A DNA stretch of 64,000 nucleotides from Camelus ferus. Lineage: Eukaryota. How positions within the stretch are numbered: the first letter of the stretch is position 1; each line of letters starts with the position of its first letter. The position numbers were made by a program, and so were the translations under genes. The DNA is taken from assembly GCF_009834535.1 (NCBI RefSeq), contig NC_045697.1, positions 22,136,001 to 22,200,000 of the forward strand, written 5' to 3'. The notes below the pieces were generated by a model that was not told the DNA's origin, ran no database searches, and saw nothing but the letters and a program-made list of their open reading frames with translations. This document shows positions 13,261 through 25,615 of the stretch, piece by piece.

Positions 13261-16084
13261 GAATTTTCTTCCCCAGGTCAACAAGCCTATTATCGTGTCA
13301 TTATCAGAGGCAAGAGCATGGTTGTATCCCTTCACATCAGTCTTAATGAATTTCTAACCAGCCTATGAGTCTACGTCATGTTCAGGATTTTTGTCTGTTC
13401 ATTTTTACAAAATTTTCTGAACGTACTACAGAGTCTGAAATTTCTGTAGTGGCTTTCACGATCTTTCCTTGAAATATAGTAATTACTCTTTTAAGTGAGT
13501 TTTGGCCTCTTATATGACTTCTATGTTTTATTTTATACTGGGTCATCATTTGTCCATCCCACTGGCTTGAAATCAAAATAGTACCTGACTAATTTCATTT
13601 TTAGTGAGATTCAGTAATTGATAACATTGTCCTAATCATCATCAAACTTTTTTTTTGTGATTACACTGTAATAGTGCTATCAGTTGTTAGTAATATTATG
13701 CAAATAGACATGCTTCAAAACAGAAAATCATGAAATAGAATTTGCACAGGAAATAGATTCAAATTGTATAGTCATTGACTGTCCAGTTTCAGTATTTTGT
13801 ATGTGAACACCACCACAGAAATGCAGTGTCAAAGGTGCTTACCATGCAAGGGGAGAGTTGCCTCCAAATATATTATGTGCAAAGACTTGCTGATAATGAA
13901 TTGCCCCACAGATGTCACTTTTGATGTTGTTTTTATCTAAGAAAGGACAACTATCAATGTCACATAAATGTATTCTCCTTTCTCTGTGTTCATTGTTGCT
14001 TAGTAGGAATTGTAAGTAGGGACTAAATATATTGATAAAACTGTTTTTCCCTCCCAAGATAATCTAAATAATTGCCACATAATAATTTCCAAATAAAAAT
14101 GCAACTCCTATTTAGTCGTGCATATGATACGTTCATCAGAAACCTCTAGAAATAGTCATTTTTTTTTTTTTGGCCTGGCATATGTGCTCCCTGTTGTCCT
14201 GGAGCACTGAATAGAATGTATGGAAATGGAGGGTGTGCCCAGAGAAAGCTACCTGTCTGAGTGGTCTCGAGGTGGTACCTGGAAATTTTTTTCTAGATCC
14301 CAAAGTCAGTTTCATCAGCATGCAGAACCATACAGAGCCAAGACAAATTCTAAACATTATTACAAGATCCTGATGTCAAGCCAGAATATTAGTTTATTAA
14401 ATTTTGAACAGGAGAATATCCCATTCAAAAAATAGGAAAGCCTCTGATTTGTCTCCAAGGCAATATTCTTTCTGTCTAAGGAGACCCAAGGAAAATCAGT
14501 GTACCTCTTGAAAGATTGCCTGATGAGAATGGACTGTAAAGAGGAACTGTATTCAGACCCAGTGAGGTGGGTAAGCTCTGCTGTATCCTGTCTGCCAGTG
14601 GCTGAGATCATCTCCAGAAAACCAGATTGTTTTGGCTCCCGAGACTCAGGGCCTCTTTTAGTACTGGGCACCAAATTCAGTCCTCTGTCTCTAACTTGTG
14701 TTTGTGTTGTTTTAATTGTTGTTTTTTGTTTGTTTTCTCTTCTCTTTGGAGTTATCTCTTCAGGATTTTGCATATTCTTTTGAAAAATATGTCATTGATT
14801 TTTCTCAATGTCACTTTTAGGCCTGAATAAATACGCAGACTTTGTTTACCTCCTTGCTTCTGGTGCATGTTGTAAGATGTCTTTGCTTTATCTAAACAGT
14901 CAATTAATTCTCCATCAGTTCATCGTTTACAAGGCAGAGTTACGTACTGTGACTCTTAAAAAAAAAAACTCTGTCCATCAGAAAAATCTCCCAGACTGAT
15001 ACGGAATTTTCAAAATTATTATATATACAGTCACAATTTCTCAGGTAATTCTCACCTAAAATAAACTCAGTTTTAAATTACACAAATATTTGAGAAAATT
15101 GAATTTAGGGCCCAGTCCTTATTCTTTCCCTTTGCTTTGTTCGAGGCAATGTTAACCATACATCATCTTTGAACAGGTGATTGGAAGCAATGTGTTCACA
15201 CAGAACCATATTTTATCAGTTTTTTTTTTCCCCTTAAGCTTATTGCCCTTTATTCAGCTTGATCAATTGTATTCAGCCTTCCCTAGTTCTCTGAGAGCTC
15301 AATTTTGAGAAACACTCTTAGTTTCCTGGACAACATTGGTTCATCTCTTTTTCCCAGAATAATGAAAATCTAAAATCTAATTCTTGCCTATTTCAGCCCC
15401 AGACAGTTTTTATCCTCGCTTGTGAAATCAAACCTACATGCCTTTCCTTTGCAGCTCATGTCTGAGTATTATCTGTGTCCCCAGAATCAAGTAGCTATTA
15501 AATTAGTTCTATCAATTGTCCATGGGTTTAGAGGTCCCCATGTGTGTTTTTTCTCAAGTAACCACATTTTATTTCAGGGCACAAAGTACAAGATTTCTGC
15601 TTGATTACTTAGCCTCTGGTCTTTATTTTTTAAGTTTTTTTTTTTTTTTTTTTTGAAAATAGCAGGGAAAATGCATTACTCTTCTTTACCCTAATGAAAA
15701 GTTCTGAGTTCCTCTGACAGTCATTTCATTTCTGAAGGAAGATTAGAGGACTGTCCCACAGATTGACTCTGAGATTTCATATTTTTTCTTGATTTTATCC
15801 TTCTAATAACCTTATTCCTTTGCCTCTCCCGACTGCACGATCGCATGCACATTTTCTCCCTTGTAATACCTCACCTATGATATTTTGAGGATCAAGTAAT
15901 TCATTTCCTCTACCAAAAGTCATTATGCTTGAGTCATTCGGACTATCAAGTTTCTGTATTCCTTTGGGGATACTTTTTTAGAAGAGTCTGTTCTACAAAT
16001 TTTCAGTTTTAAAACATCTTTCTTAAACCTAACTTAATTCTGCTGTGTTGTAGTATATAATGTAGTATGTACATTTACAAACAA

Positions 16085-16275
16085 CTGATGCCAGGAGTTT
16101 GAGTCCTGGTTCAGCCTCCATCACATTTTCAAGAAGGCAACCTAGATCAACTCACATAATATCTCACTCACTTGTAAAATAGAGACAATAATGAAAATAA
16201 TTACTGGCCTGTCTTCCTTAAAGGATTATTACAACTATACATGAACATGTATTTTTCAGGTAGGTAGCATTTCAT
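16085..16275 (+). mobile_element. MIR SINE relic
   Basis: ggagtttgagtcctggttcagcc...cacttgtaaaatagagacaataat...aggattatt matches the MIR core layout. Confidence 0.55.
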
Positions 16276-18337
16276 AAAATTCTATCAGACCACTACTTTA
16301 CTATGTTACTTTTTAAAAGATACTTTAAAAATATTTCTGGTTCTATAGTTTTTTTTCCGCATTAAATCAGATCCACAATGTTCATAATATTTGTCAAACA
16401 TGTGATTGTTTTCTTGCTTACAAAAATGGCCTCCCTTGTATTTTGCCATTAAGGTAAGTTGTTTTTTGGCTCCTTTTTTGGAAACCGATAATTTCTTATT
16501 GGTTTCCAAGGCTAAGAGCACATGGCTCTCTATCCGCTGTGAACAAGTGCCAATATTTATTACAAATATAATTCTGTGAAAGCCATAGACAGAGAAAACA
16601 TATGAATAGTTTCACATTTATTTTCTGCCGCTAAATGGCTTCTGGCTTTAAAAGGTCTGCACGTATTTTCCTGGATTTATTGTTGAGGAATAGTAAATGA
16701 CAGAAACCAGTAACTCACAGAGATATTCATCAAATAATTATTAAAGATCATTCAGTGCCCAGTAGCAAAGTGGTTCCTAAAAGACTGAGATTACAGTCAA
16801 CTCCCAAATATTCATGGCAGGAAGAAAAGCCTTGTAAAGATGACTGCCAATCACAGAGCATGGATAGACTCTGCCAATTAGGCACCAATTCCTAGCACTT
16901 ACCCACGTCTCCTCTTAAATTGCTAATTAAGCCAAATACGTTTATAAATGTATAAGTCAACTCTTATGGGGTATTGGAGATAATTTTCAGATCACAGTGC
17001 AAAACACCCCAATTACAATACAACTGAAACAGAAAGGGTTGAAGGGATTTTAAAGGGACCAAGTCATCATGAAGTATCTATCTCCAATGTCAGAGACAAA
17101 TGAATCACGGATTCATTCACTCCCTCCCGCTCTTACACACATGGGAGAGAAAAGAGCAACAGAACAGAAAGAGGATAATCTCTCAAGAAGGCTTACTAGG
17201 ATGATGAAATAGTATCCTTATTAAGTATCTAAAAATAAATGATAAAAGGGTAAGGAGAAATTGAAATAATAAACAAATACTTTTACAGTACAGTAATGTT
17301 AACCTGAGGGTTCTACATATTCATTTGCTTTATAGAATCACTCTGAGGAAGTTAATATGATCTGTGTTTTCTAAATGATGAAACTGGGAAGAAGAGATGT
17401 AAAATTATGGTTACTACCTGATTATCACTAGGTGTTCAATACATAGTAACTGTTATTACTTATTATTCTTGCTTTTTGCTTTTAGCGCCAAAGGGCTGTA
17501 TTTGCATTACTACATTCAAAGTTCATGAAAACCTATTGTAGCCATTGTAATTATTTCTGTTTTGAAAACTTCTTTAAGTAGGAAAATTTAGTTTTCATTT
17601 TATATATAACAGAAGCATTAATGTATCACGCAGTTTTAAGCAAATCACCAATCTCGTTGTCCTATTGTCTAAGGCAAGCATTAATCCATTCTCTACTGAC
17701 TTTTCAGAGACATTAAGGAAGTTCCTCTTTTTATTTGCATGAGTTATAAAACACAATGCATCTCTGTAATTTTGGGTAAAGCAGTATTTTATTTCATCAT
17801 CAGGAACTACTCTACATTGTGGCTTGACATAAATATTGGTAACTTGGTACCTGGGATCATAAGTGGAATAGTCAAATGTTTGTATCACAAAAATTAGGAA
17901 GAGGATAATATATATTTTTCCCTTCAGAATAAAAATATAATAGAATCAATATAATGAATTGCTTTTTAAAGAAATACAAGAGGGCCAAAATAGGGTAAGA
18001 ATTAATATCAGGTATTTTATTCACTGGTTAAACCAGACAGTTACATTCTTTGTGCCTGTTTTATAGGTAGTTCATCCTGCCCAAACACACACACACACAC
18101 CCCTTCATTGCACCCTTCTGCCAAAGTTGGGACTTTGCCTCACTCAATAAGATAATGCATGTGTAGAAGAAAATTAAAACTAAGAGCCTGCTCCTGGGTT
18201 TGGTCCCATGACTTCCAAAGATTGTGGAAATAAAGCAATTCACTTTTTAATTATGCAAACCATTTGGTAAAGTAAGCATTAAAAAAGATATTTAAACAGT
18301 TTATTTAATGTTTTTAATGTTATCTCAGGAATGTTAG

Positions 18338-18387
18338 AAATTTCAAAATAAGCAAAAAATTTCAAAATAAGCAAAATAAGCAAAAAA
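18338..18387. repeat. Short local tandem duplication (aaatttcaaaataagcaaa x2 plus a partial third copy)
   Basis: Directly visible duplicated 19-mer with a further caaaataagc. Confidence 0.8.
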
Positions 18388-19606
18388 CTCAGAGATTTTT
18401 CTTTCAGATTCTTCAAATTGTAGGATAAATATAAGAAAAACACTTCCATATCCCTATCACTACTTTCGATACTACTAGACTGTGTTAAGTAATAGAATTT
18501 TTATAATATACGATTGAATTAGAAAACAGCTATTTCGGGACTGGGGCACACATATTTTTAGCTGCAACTCAAGCCCCCTGCCTCTCCAGGGCGTATTTTA
18601 ACTATGCCTATCAATTGATCTAAATTATTGAACTTGCTCCAACTTGCTTAAGAATAAGAAGCTTCCTTAGATACAGTAACACATTAAAACAAACTGAAAA
18701 AGAATTTTGAAATCACTGGCATAAACAAGTTGCAGGGCATATAAATCATCTATACAAAAGAATTCCCAAGTCCCTTTTGCTCAAGTTTTATGCCTTATTA
18801 AAATTTTCAGTGGTCAGAAAAAGATATGCCTACAAATGTGGATTGCTAACTTAATTGGCACTAGCATTTAAGATAGTGTAATTTGGTTTTCACACTAAAG
18901 TAAGAATATTGCTTTTATATTTGACATATAGACACTTCATGTATATAGGAGCACACATGCCGAAAAGATGAGACATATTTCAGCATGGGATTAAGTAAAA
19001 ATATCTGTTTTCACTGAGAAGCTGACATATTTAGCTTGCTAATAATTGACCTAGTCATTAAGCAGCCGAAAGTCCCCATCTGTCCCTGCTGCTCATTTGT
19101 ATCTATTACATATATTTTAGCATCAGCGCTAAGGCCTTCAGTTCCTTCCGTGGGAAGAAGGAAGGGCATTTCTGAAGTGGTTAAGGCAGTTCTCTTGCCT
19201 CGATAGGGGAGGAAAGAACAGAAAATGTAATATAGCTACACAGAGAGATGCCTGCCTCTGAGCTCTTTTCATTTTAGCAGCTTGAGAAATATCAGTACAT
19301 GTTATTGCTCAGACACACATTCTTTCTAAACAAAGGTTACTGCCATGGATTCCAAAGAGCAGAAGGATCCGCTATATATATATATATTGCATTCATTTAG
19401 CTGGTATCATTATTGATTGGACCTCACAAACTATCTGCTTGTACCTGATGTGCCTCCCTAAACAATTATGAGGACAAATATTTTATGTGATGGCACACAC
19501 GTGGAGAATTTGACTTCTCAGGTACTGTCTGTTTTGGATATTCATTCTGAAATTTATGAGCACATTTGAAGCATTGCTCAGCACTGCTCACCTGGGAAAC
19601 ACACAT

Positions 19607-19607
<1 letters not shown>

Positions 19608-19652
<45 letters not shown>
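19608..19652. repeat. (CA)~22 microsatellite
   Basis: Direct inspection. Confidence 0.97.
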
Positions 19653-19654
<2 letters not shown>

Positions 19655-21093
19655 CACGCAGCCCATCCTCGATGAGCTGGGCTGAAAGGCTAAAGCACAT
19701 CTTGGGAATAAATCTGACCAATAAACTATAGCTTCAGAAAGACTTTATTTTGGAAATGTTCTGTTAAAGTCAGTATCTTCATCATTTGCAAATTTGACAG
19801 CCTCCTGCCATATTGAGACTTTATATTGTAAAAATGAGTTATACCCCTATATTAAATTGTTTATTAAGTTGCAAATAGAAAATTTGCAGTGCATGTGCAA
19901 TGATTTTTTTGATCGTTTTCTCTCATTAATTAACAAGCCAAGTTGAAATTCAATATAATCCTGTAAGTAAAAAACTAACAAAAAGATTAAAAAAGATTAA
20001 CTTAAGGGTAGGTATAGTTTTCTAATGCCTTCTAGTGCATTTTTTAACCTCTCAAGAATAAGGTGTATATTTACAATTTTTCCAACTTAGAGAATTGTGC
20101 TGTTTAAGTTAAAATAGCTGTGAGTTTGAGTTAGTTTAGAGTATTGTAAAAATACTGCTTCAGAGTAATTTCAGTAAATTGCTCAAATATTCCATCATTT
20201 CAAAATATCCTTTATACCTAAAATTCTAGTTTTCCTTGCAAGGGATTTTGTTTTCAAATATAACCCTAAAAATCCCTGGGAATACTTAGGGTTGGCTCTG
20301 TTAATGCACAACAGGTCTCGACAAGAAACTCTGTGCCCAGAAACTAATGCGGACAGGGTTGGCATTTCAAGTTTCTGCTGAAAATGTATGATAATCCGAT
20401 GTAAATGTTCCAGTTATTTATAATAACAATTTCCGTATTGTGGTATATTAAGCTTTTCAAGCTCTTTTTCTCTTCCCTGGAATCCAGCCGTAACTCTGTC
20501 CTTGGCTTCTGCAGTACTTGTTATAATAAAGTCCTTCTGATACTACTTGTAATAAACCTTCATGGAGGCAATCCAAGATCGACCTTACTGATAGCTGAAT
20601 TCTCCTTAATAGTGAATTGTATTCTTGTGAGACTCCAGCAGAGTTATTTTCCTTTAGAGTTAAAGATTTTATGTTGAAATAGTATTTATTTATTTATTTA
20701 TGTCATTGAGCAGTCTCACTGCTATGACTAAGAAAATTGCGCCATAAAATACTTGGTAATGTAAATGTGAGGATGAAAGTTATATATCTGGTGATTTATT
20801 AAATTTATGGCTTGTAGGAACATGACTGTCTCCATAAAGGAATCTAATATACACACTGGAGAATGTTCTAGTAATGCCTTGTAAAAACAGGATGCTGTTG
20901 TAATTTGAAATCTTGAGAGCTTGAGCCACAGTAGAGGTATGCCTTTAGCATTTGTAATCATACATGGCCTGGCTTTTCACATCTAAATTAGATGTAGGAA
21001 AATTTAGAACCTGCATTTATTTTGTAAGTACTTGCTCTTACACAGAATGTAACATTCCATTTGCATGCCAACCTTTTTTCTTCTAGATAGATA

Positions 21094-21513
21094 TTTTTAA
21101 ATTGAAGTATAGTCAGTTACAATGCATCAATTTCTGGTGTACAGCACAATGTCCTAGCCATGCATATACACACATATATTTGTTTTTATACTCTTTTTCA
21201 TTAAAAGTTATTACAAGATATTGAATATAGTTCCCTGTGCTATACAGAAGAAATTTATTTTTTAATCTATTTTTGTATATAGTGGCTAACATTTGCAAAT
21301 CTCAAACTCCCAAATTTATCCTTTCCCATCCCCTTTCCCCTGGTAACCATAAGATTGTTTACTATGTCTGGGAGTCTGTTTCTGTTTTGTAGATGAGTTC
21401 ATAGTGTCCTTTTTTTTTTTCTTTTTTTTTAATTCCACATATGAGTGATATCATATGGTATTTTTCTTTCTCTTTCTGGCTTACTTCACTTAGAATAATG
21501 ATCTCTAGGTCCA
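21094..21513 (-). mobile_element. 5'-truncated LINE-1 3' end (cetartiodactyl/camelid-type)
   Basis: Reverse complement reads ...tatagcacagggaactatattcaatatcttgtaataac...gacattgtgctgtacaccagaaattgatgcattgtaactgactatacttcaat, then an A-tail. Includes the ORF2-end segment tctaagtgaagtaagccagaaagagaaagaaaaataccat. Confidence 0.92.
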
Positions 21514-23604
21514 GACATACCTACTTTCAATGCATTTCCTTACCTGTTTCTTTCATTGCCAAGAAATGGAAAGGTCAATGAAGAGTAGGAAGTTTAATGG
21601 AGTTCATGTTAGAGGAAAAACAGACCAAGTTTGATAAGCATAGGCCTGGCATTTGAGACCAGTAATTACCCTAGAATAAGGAATATCAGTATGTAGGCAA
21701 GAGGGAGTCAGGGTTCTAACCAATGCTCTGAAACTGCATTTGGCATATCAAAATATGTTTAATCTCCTTCTTTGTCTCTCAGGAATTAAACTTAAAGTTT
21801 TGGTTCACATTTTAAACAGTGGATTTTTTTTGTCTTGAATTTTTAAATAGCTTTTATCATCACACTTTCTGAATTGATTTTGATCCATTGAGAAAGTCAA
21901 TGCATTTGGTCAGTAAAATTTTAACTTAAAAGAGGTGATTTTAGCTTTTTCTTCTTTTAATGAGCCCCCATTAACTGATTGCTTAAAGATTTAAAAGACT
22001 CAAAATGTTTAGCCACATAATAGACAGTTCTACAAAAGGAAAAATATACAAAAGCAAAATAAAAAAGTATATTTTGTGTATTATGTACAAATAGAATATA
22101 CTAAGACAAAGATTTAGTTTCTTTTATACAATATTCTTAAGATAAACTTAGCTATTATTTGTATAATGAAATTCACATGGTATACAGCTTATTTTTAATG
22201 TCTTCTTTTTTTTTTCCCACCCAGAGAAATATATCACTTAACTGAAACGTAAAAGAGCATGTATGTGGCAGGGGAAAGAAAGAACAGGTTCTTCTCATAT
22301 ATTAACAGTTCCATATGCTGTTTATTAAATTTGATGCTAGTCAACTCATTCAGACAGCTGATTTTAATAAAAAGAAACCAGCAGTTTTGTAGAAATATGA
22401 AAACATATGGACATGTACATGACCACTCTGATGCAGTTTTATCATCTGTCAGATTTCTCAAGAGTGTACCGTATTTTATGGTCTTGAAATAAAATATTAT
22501 GAATTAATACATACCTAATGAAATAATATATATGCTGTGAGGGACTAGCATTGCCCAAAGTTGACACTGTAGTTCGTGTCATTTAAATAACAGTATTGAA
22601 AAATGTGTTCTCTTGTATTAACTGAATTCCAACCTAGAGCATACTGCCTCTCTGGTTGTATATGAATTTGTTGAGAAGAAAATAATACCAAAAAAAGTTT
22701 TACTAAGCGTCTGAGATGTTTTATAGTCAAAGAACAACTTGTGTTTTAAAATAAACTAAAATACATTAACTAGGAGCAGTGTGCAAAGTATTTCAAATGA
22801 AGGGTAGGGTGAACAGACTGTTTTACTTTCCTTCCATTCTACATATCTATGAATAATCATTCCTTGAGGTTTAAATTTATAAATAACAGTGCAGAGTGGA
22901 GTTATTTCGACTTTACAAAGGAAACCATCCGTTTTGTTTTCATTTTCTTTTGGATAAACTCAAAATGGCTTAGCGTAGCTTCTGCTAAGCTTATTCAAGA
23001 CTGAAGCGTTTTTGACAAAAAGAAAAAAAAAATGTTTCCCAATTATGAGTAGACTACTACACTTATGTGGCTAAATTCAGGCAGAATTGACAACTGCTGT
23101 TTGACTTGGCAAAGTTAGACTATGATAGTTAATACTAAGAGAAGGGAGGTAGCAAGAAAAATTGTAAAGAGAAATTTCAATGAAGAAACTCTATGTAAAT
23201 TGTGCTCTAGGGAAGGATGGTTAAATAGAGACATTTTGTTCTAAAGTTATCACCATAAGTTGATTATCCTGTGTCCTGCCCTCACATATGGGCACACAAG
23301 AAGCCTGAGAAATGAAGGTGAAAGTTATCATCTAAGACTTCATGTCAGCTATTAGGACAGCCATTGTTAAGTCCTCGATGATGAGTGCTACATGGAGTTA
23401 GACTCCTGTCTGTTTGGATGTAGAGCTTTACTATCTGTCTTTACAAAGTCAGGATGTGAGAAATTATAAACTGAAGAACTCGGTCTCTTTTTTATGATAC
23501 GTAATTTTTTACAACAACATTCTCTTGAAAGGAATTTCTTGAATTATTTGTATGTGTTCTGGGTGGAGTAGGACCCTCTATTTATTTATTTATTCAGTGT
23601 CTTA

Positions 23605-23737
23605 CCTGCTAGATTTTGTGCTGCATGAGGCGAGAGACCATGTTTCATGATTGTTTTATCTCCAGGTTCGAGGGCAGGGCCTGCCATTGAGTAGATGCTC
23701 AGTATATATTTGTTGAATTAATCAAAGAATAAGTGAA
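23605..23737 (+). mobile_element. LINE-2 3' end
   Basis: ctagattttgtgctgcatgaggcgagagaccatgt...gtagatgctcagtatatatttgttgaattaat is a typical L2 terminus. Confidence 0.75.
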
Positions 23738-24947
23738 TATTTTCTGGGTCCTGGGTTCAAGGTCCAACCACAATTTCCAGTATTTCCTTAGTTTGTATGC
23801 TTTATTTTCTTTGCTTGCTCTTCTGATAACTTAGTCTGGGTTGAGTTGTGGTAGTAGAGAAATTAGTCCAAATGATAGACTAGTATAAACATCTTTTGTA
23901 AGAAAAGGAATGGGCCAATCCTAAACTCTTTGTAGAATATTGCAAACATTCTCACCTAAAATTCCTATTGTTCTCACTGATCTTTGGTGTATTACTGCAG
24001 CAGGTGTCTGTACGTGAACCAGGATATTTATTGTGTTTCATAAAATTCTAAACCTGGGCCTCAATGAAGAGTTTGTATTATATTTAGAAACCATGCTTCT
24101 CTACTAAGGATATAGATATATATTTTTCTCTGTATCCTAATTGACAGAACTAAGGTGCATCAACACAAAATATTTTATAGTTGAGAGATGTTTTTTGATG
24201 TCTATCCATGAAGGTCCTTGAAGGTCAAAGATAGTTTCTGGATGTTACCCACTATCATGGGGAAAAATCATTAACATTCTATGTGTACTACACTTTTAAT
24301 TAAACTGTTTTCTAGGTAAACTGACATTGACTAGTAGATTCTTTGAGTCTCCTAATTCTCAATTCCAGGTTAAGAACGTCATAGTTGCCAGTTCAAATTC
24401 TTAGTACATTGTTCATATGGGTTTAAATATAAATTTATTTATATAGTCATTCATTCATTGCTCAAATATAATTGAAATCTAATTTCAAAGACAGCTGGGA
24501 CATTCAGGTCAAGTAAATTTCTATTAGCAGTGGAAGAGGTTGGTTAAATGTCTGTCTTAGTAAGTTTTCTTCCATCCGTTTTATTTTTTACATATTCATT
24601 TTGTATTTATGATGCTACTGGAAAATGGTTTCTCTAAAATTGCAGTTTGTTTATTTCCTGGAAGAGGGTAGGATGACCCTGGGTGGAAATCAGGGTTTTC
24701 TATGAGTTTGCTAAGATCTGCATGAGAAGTGCTTCTCTTTGGAGTTTCCAAGGTAGTTCCTTCCATATTATTGTATTTCTGTTTTTCAAATCGCTCCTAG
24801 CCACCTTTAGCCTCCCTACCAACTCTGTGTAATCACTGCCCTTTTCACTCTTGTTTATAACTTCCATCCGCTTCCCACCTCACTCTACTCTGTGCTCTCA
24901 GCGTGATAACCAATTCACGCTCCTTAAATATGCAACAGAATGCAATA

Positions 24948-25180
24948 TATTATTGAGTGTTCTAATTAACTGCCACATGTGAAAATACTTTACATATTTC
25001 ATCTCTCTTAATCCTCCTGATGTTCTTAATATGTAGGTTTTATTAGTTCGCAAGAGAGCAAAGGGAGGCTCACAGACCTTAGGCGATTTACTCAAAGTCA
25101 TGCAGCCAAAATAGCTGACATGGGGTTTGAAAAAAATCTGTCAAGCCAAAAAAGCATGTTCTTTCTATTACAACACGCTG
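24948..25180 (-). mobile_element. MIR SINE, near full length
   Basis: ttattgagtg...aaatactttacata...gaggctcacagaccttaggcgatttactcaaagtcatgcagc...ggggtttgaa is reverse-complement MIR. Confidence 0.75.
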
Positions 25181-25514
25181 TGTCTAGCCATGCCCTTCTT
25201 TCCCTGAAATGGTCTTAACCTCTTTCACCTACATCTCTGTCCTGCTGGCCAATTCTTTCTTTAAAGTTTACTGCAAGTACCGCCTCTTCTGTGGAGCCCT
25301 CCTCCTTAGCTCTCTGCGTATCACACGTCCTTGTTAACACATATCACAGTGGCACCATTCTTCCCCCCTTTCTTTTTTAGTTTTAAAAAATATAGTAATA
25401 ATTTTTCATAAGACAGTTTATGTTGGAATGAAATGACGTTGGCTATTTTCAAATACATTTACAGTAATTATGTTTGAAGTGTCAGTTTTACTTTTGAATG
25501 TAATGAATACCAAG

Positions 25515-25615
25515 GATGGTATACCCCACATGAAAATACAAGGGCTTTGGGTCAACCACAGTTTTTAAGAGGCGAGAGGAGTCTTGAAACCCAAATATTT
25601 AAGCACCACCGGCTA
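25515..25615. mobile_element. hAT-Charlie/MER5-like DNA transposon fragment
   Basis: tttttaagaggcgagaggagtcttgaaacccaaatatttaagcaccaccg resembles a MER5-family terminus (...tttgagaaccactg). Confidence 0.4.

Noticed and set aside
14360..14830. Longest ORF (137 aa, minus) and overlapping ORFs
   Set aside because: No recognisable domain, partly low-complexity; a length reachable by chance in 64 kb across six frames.
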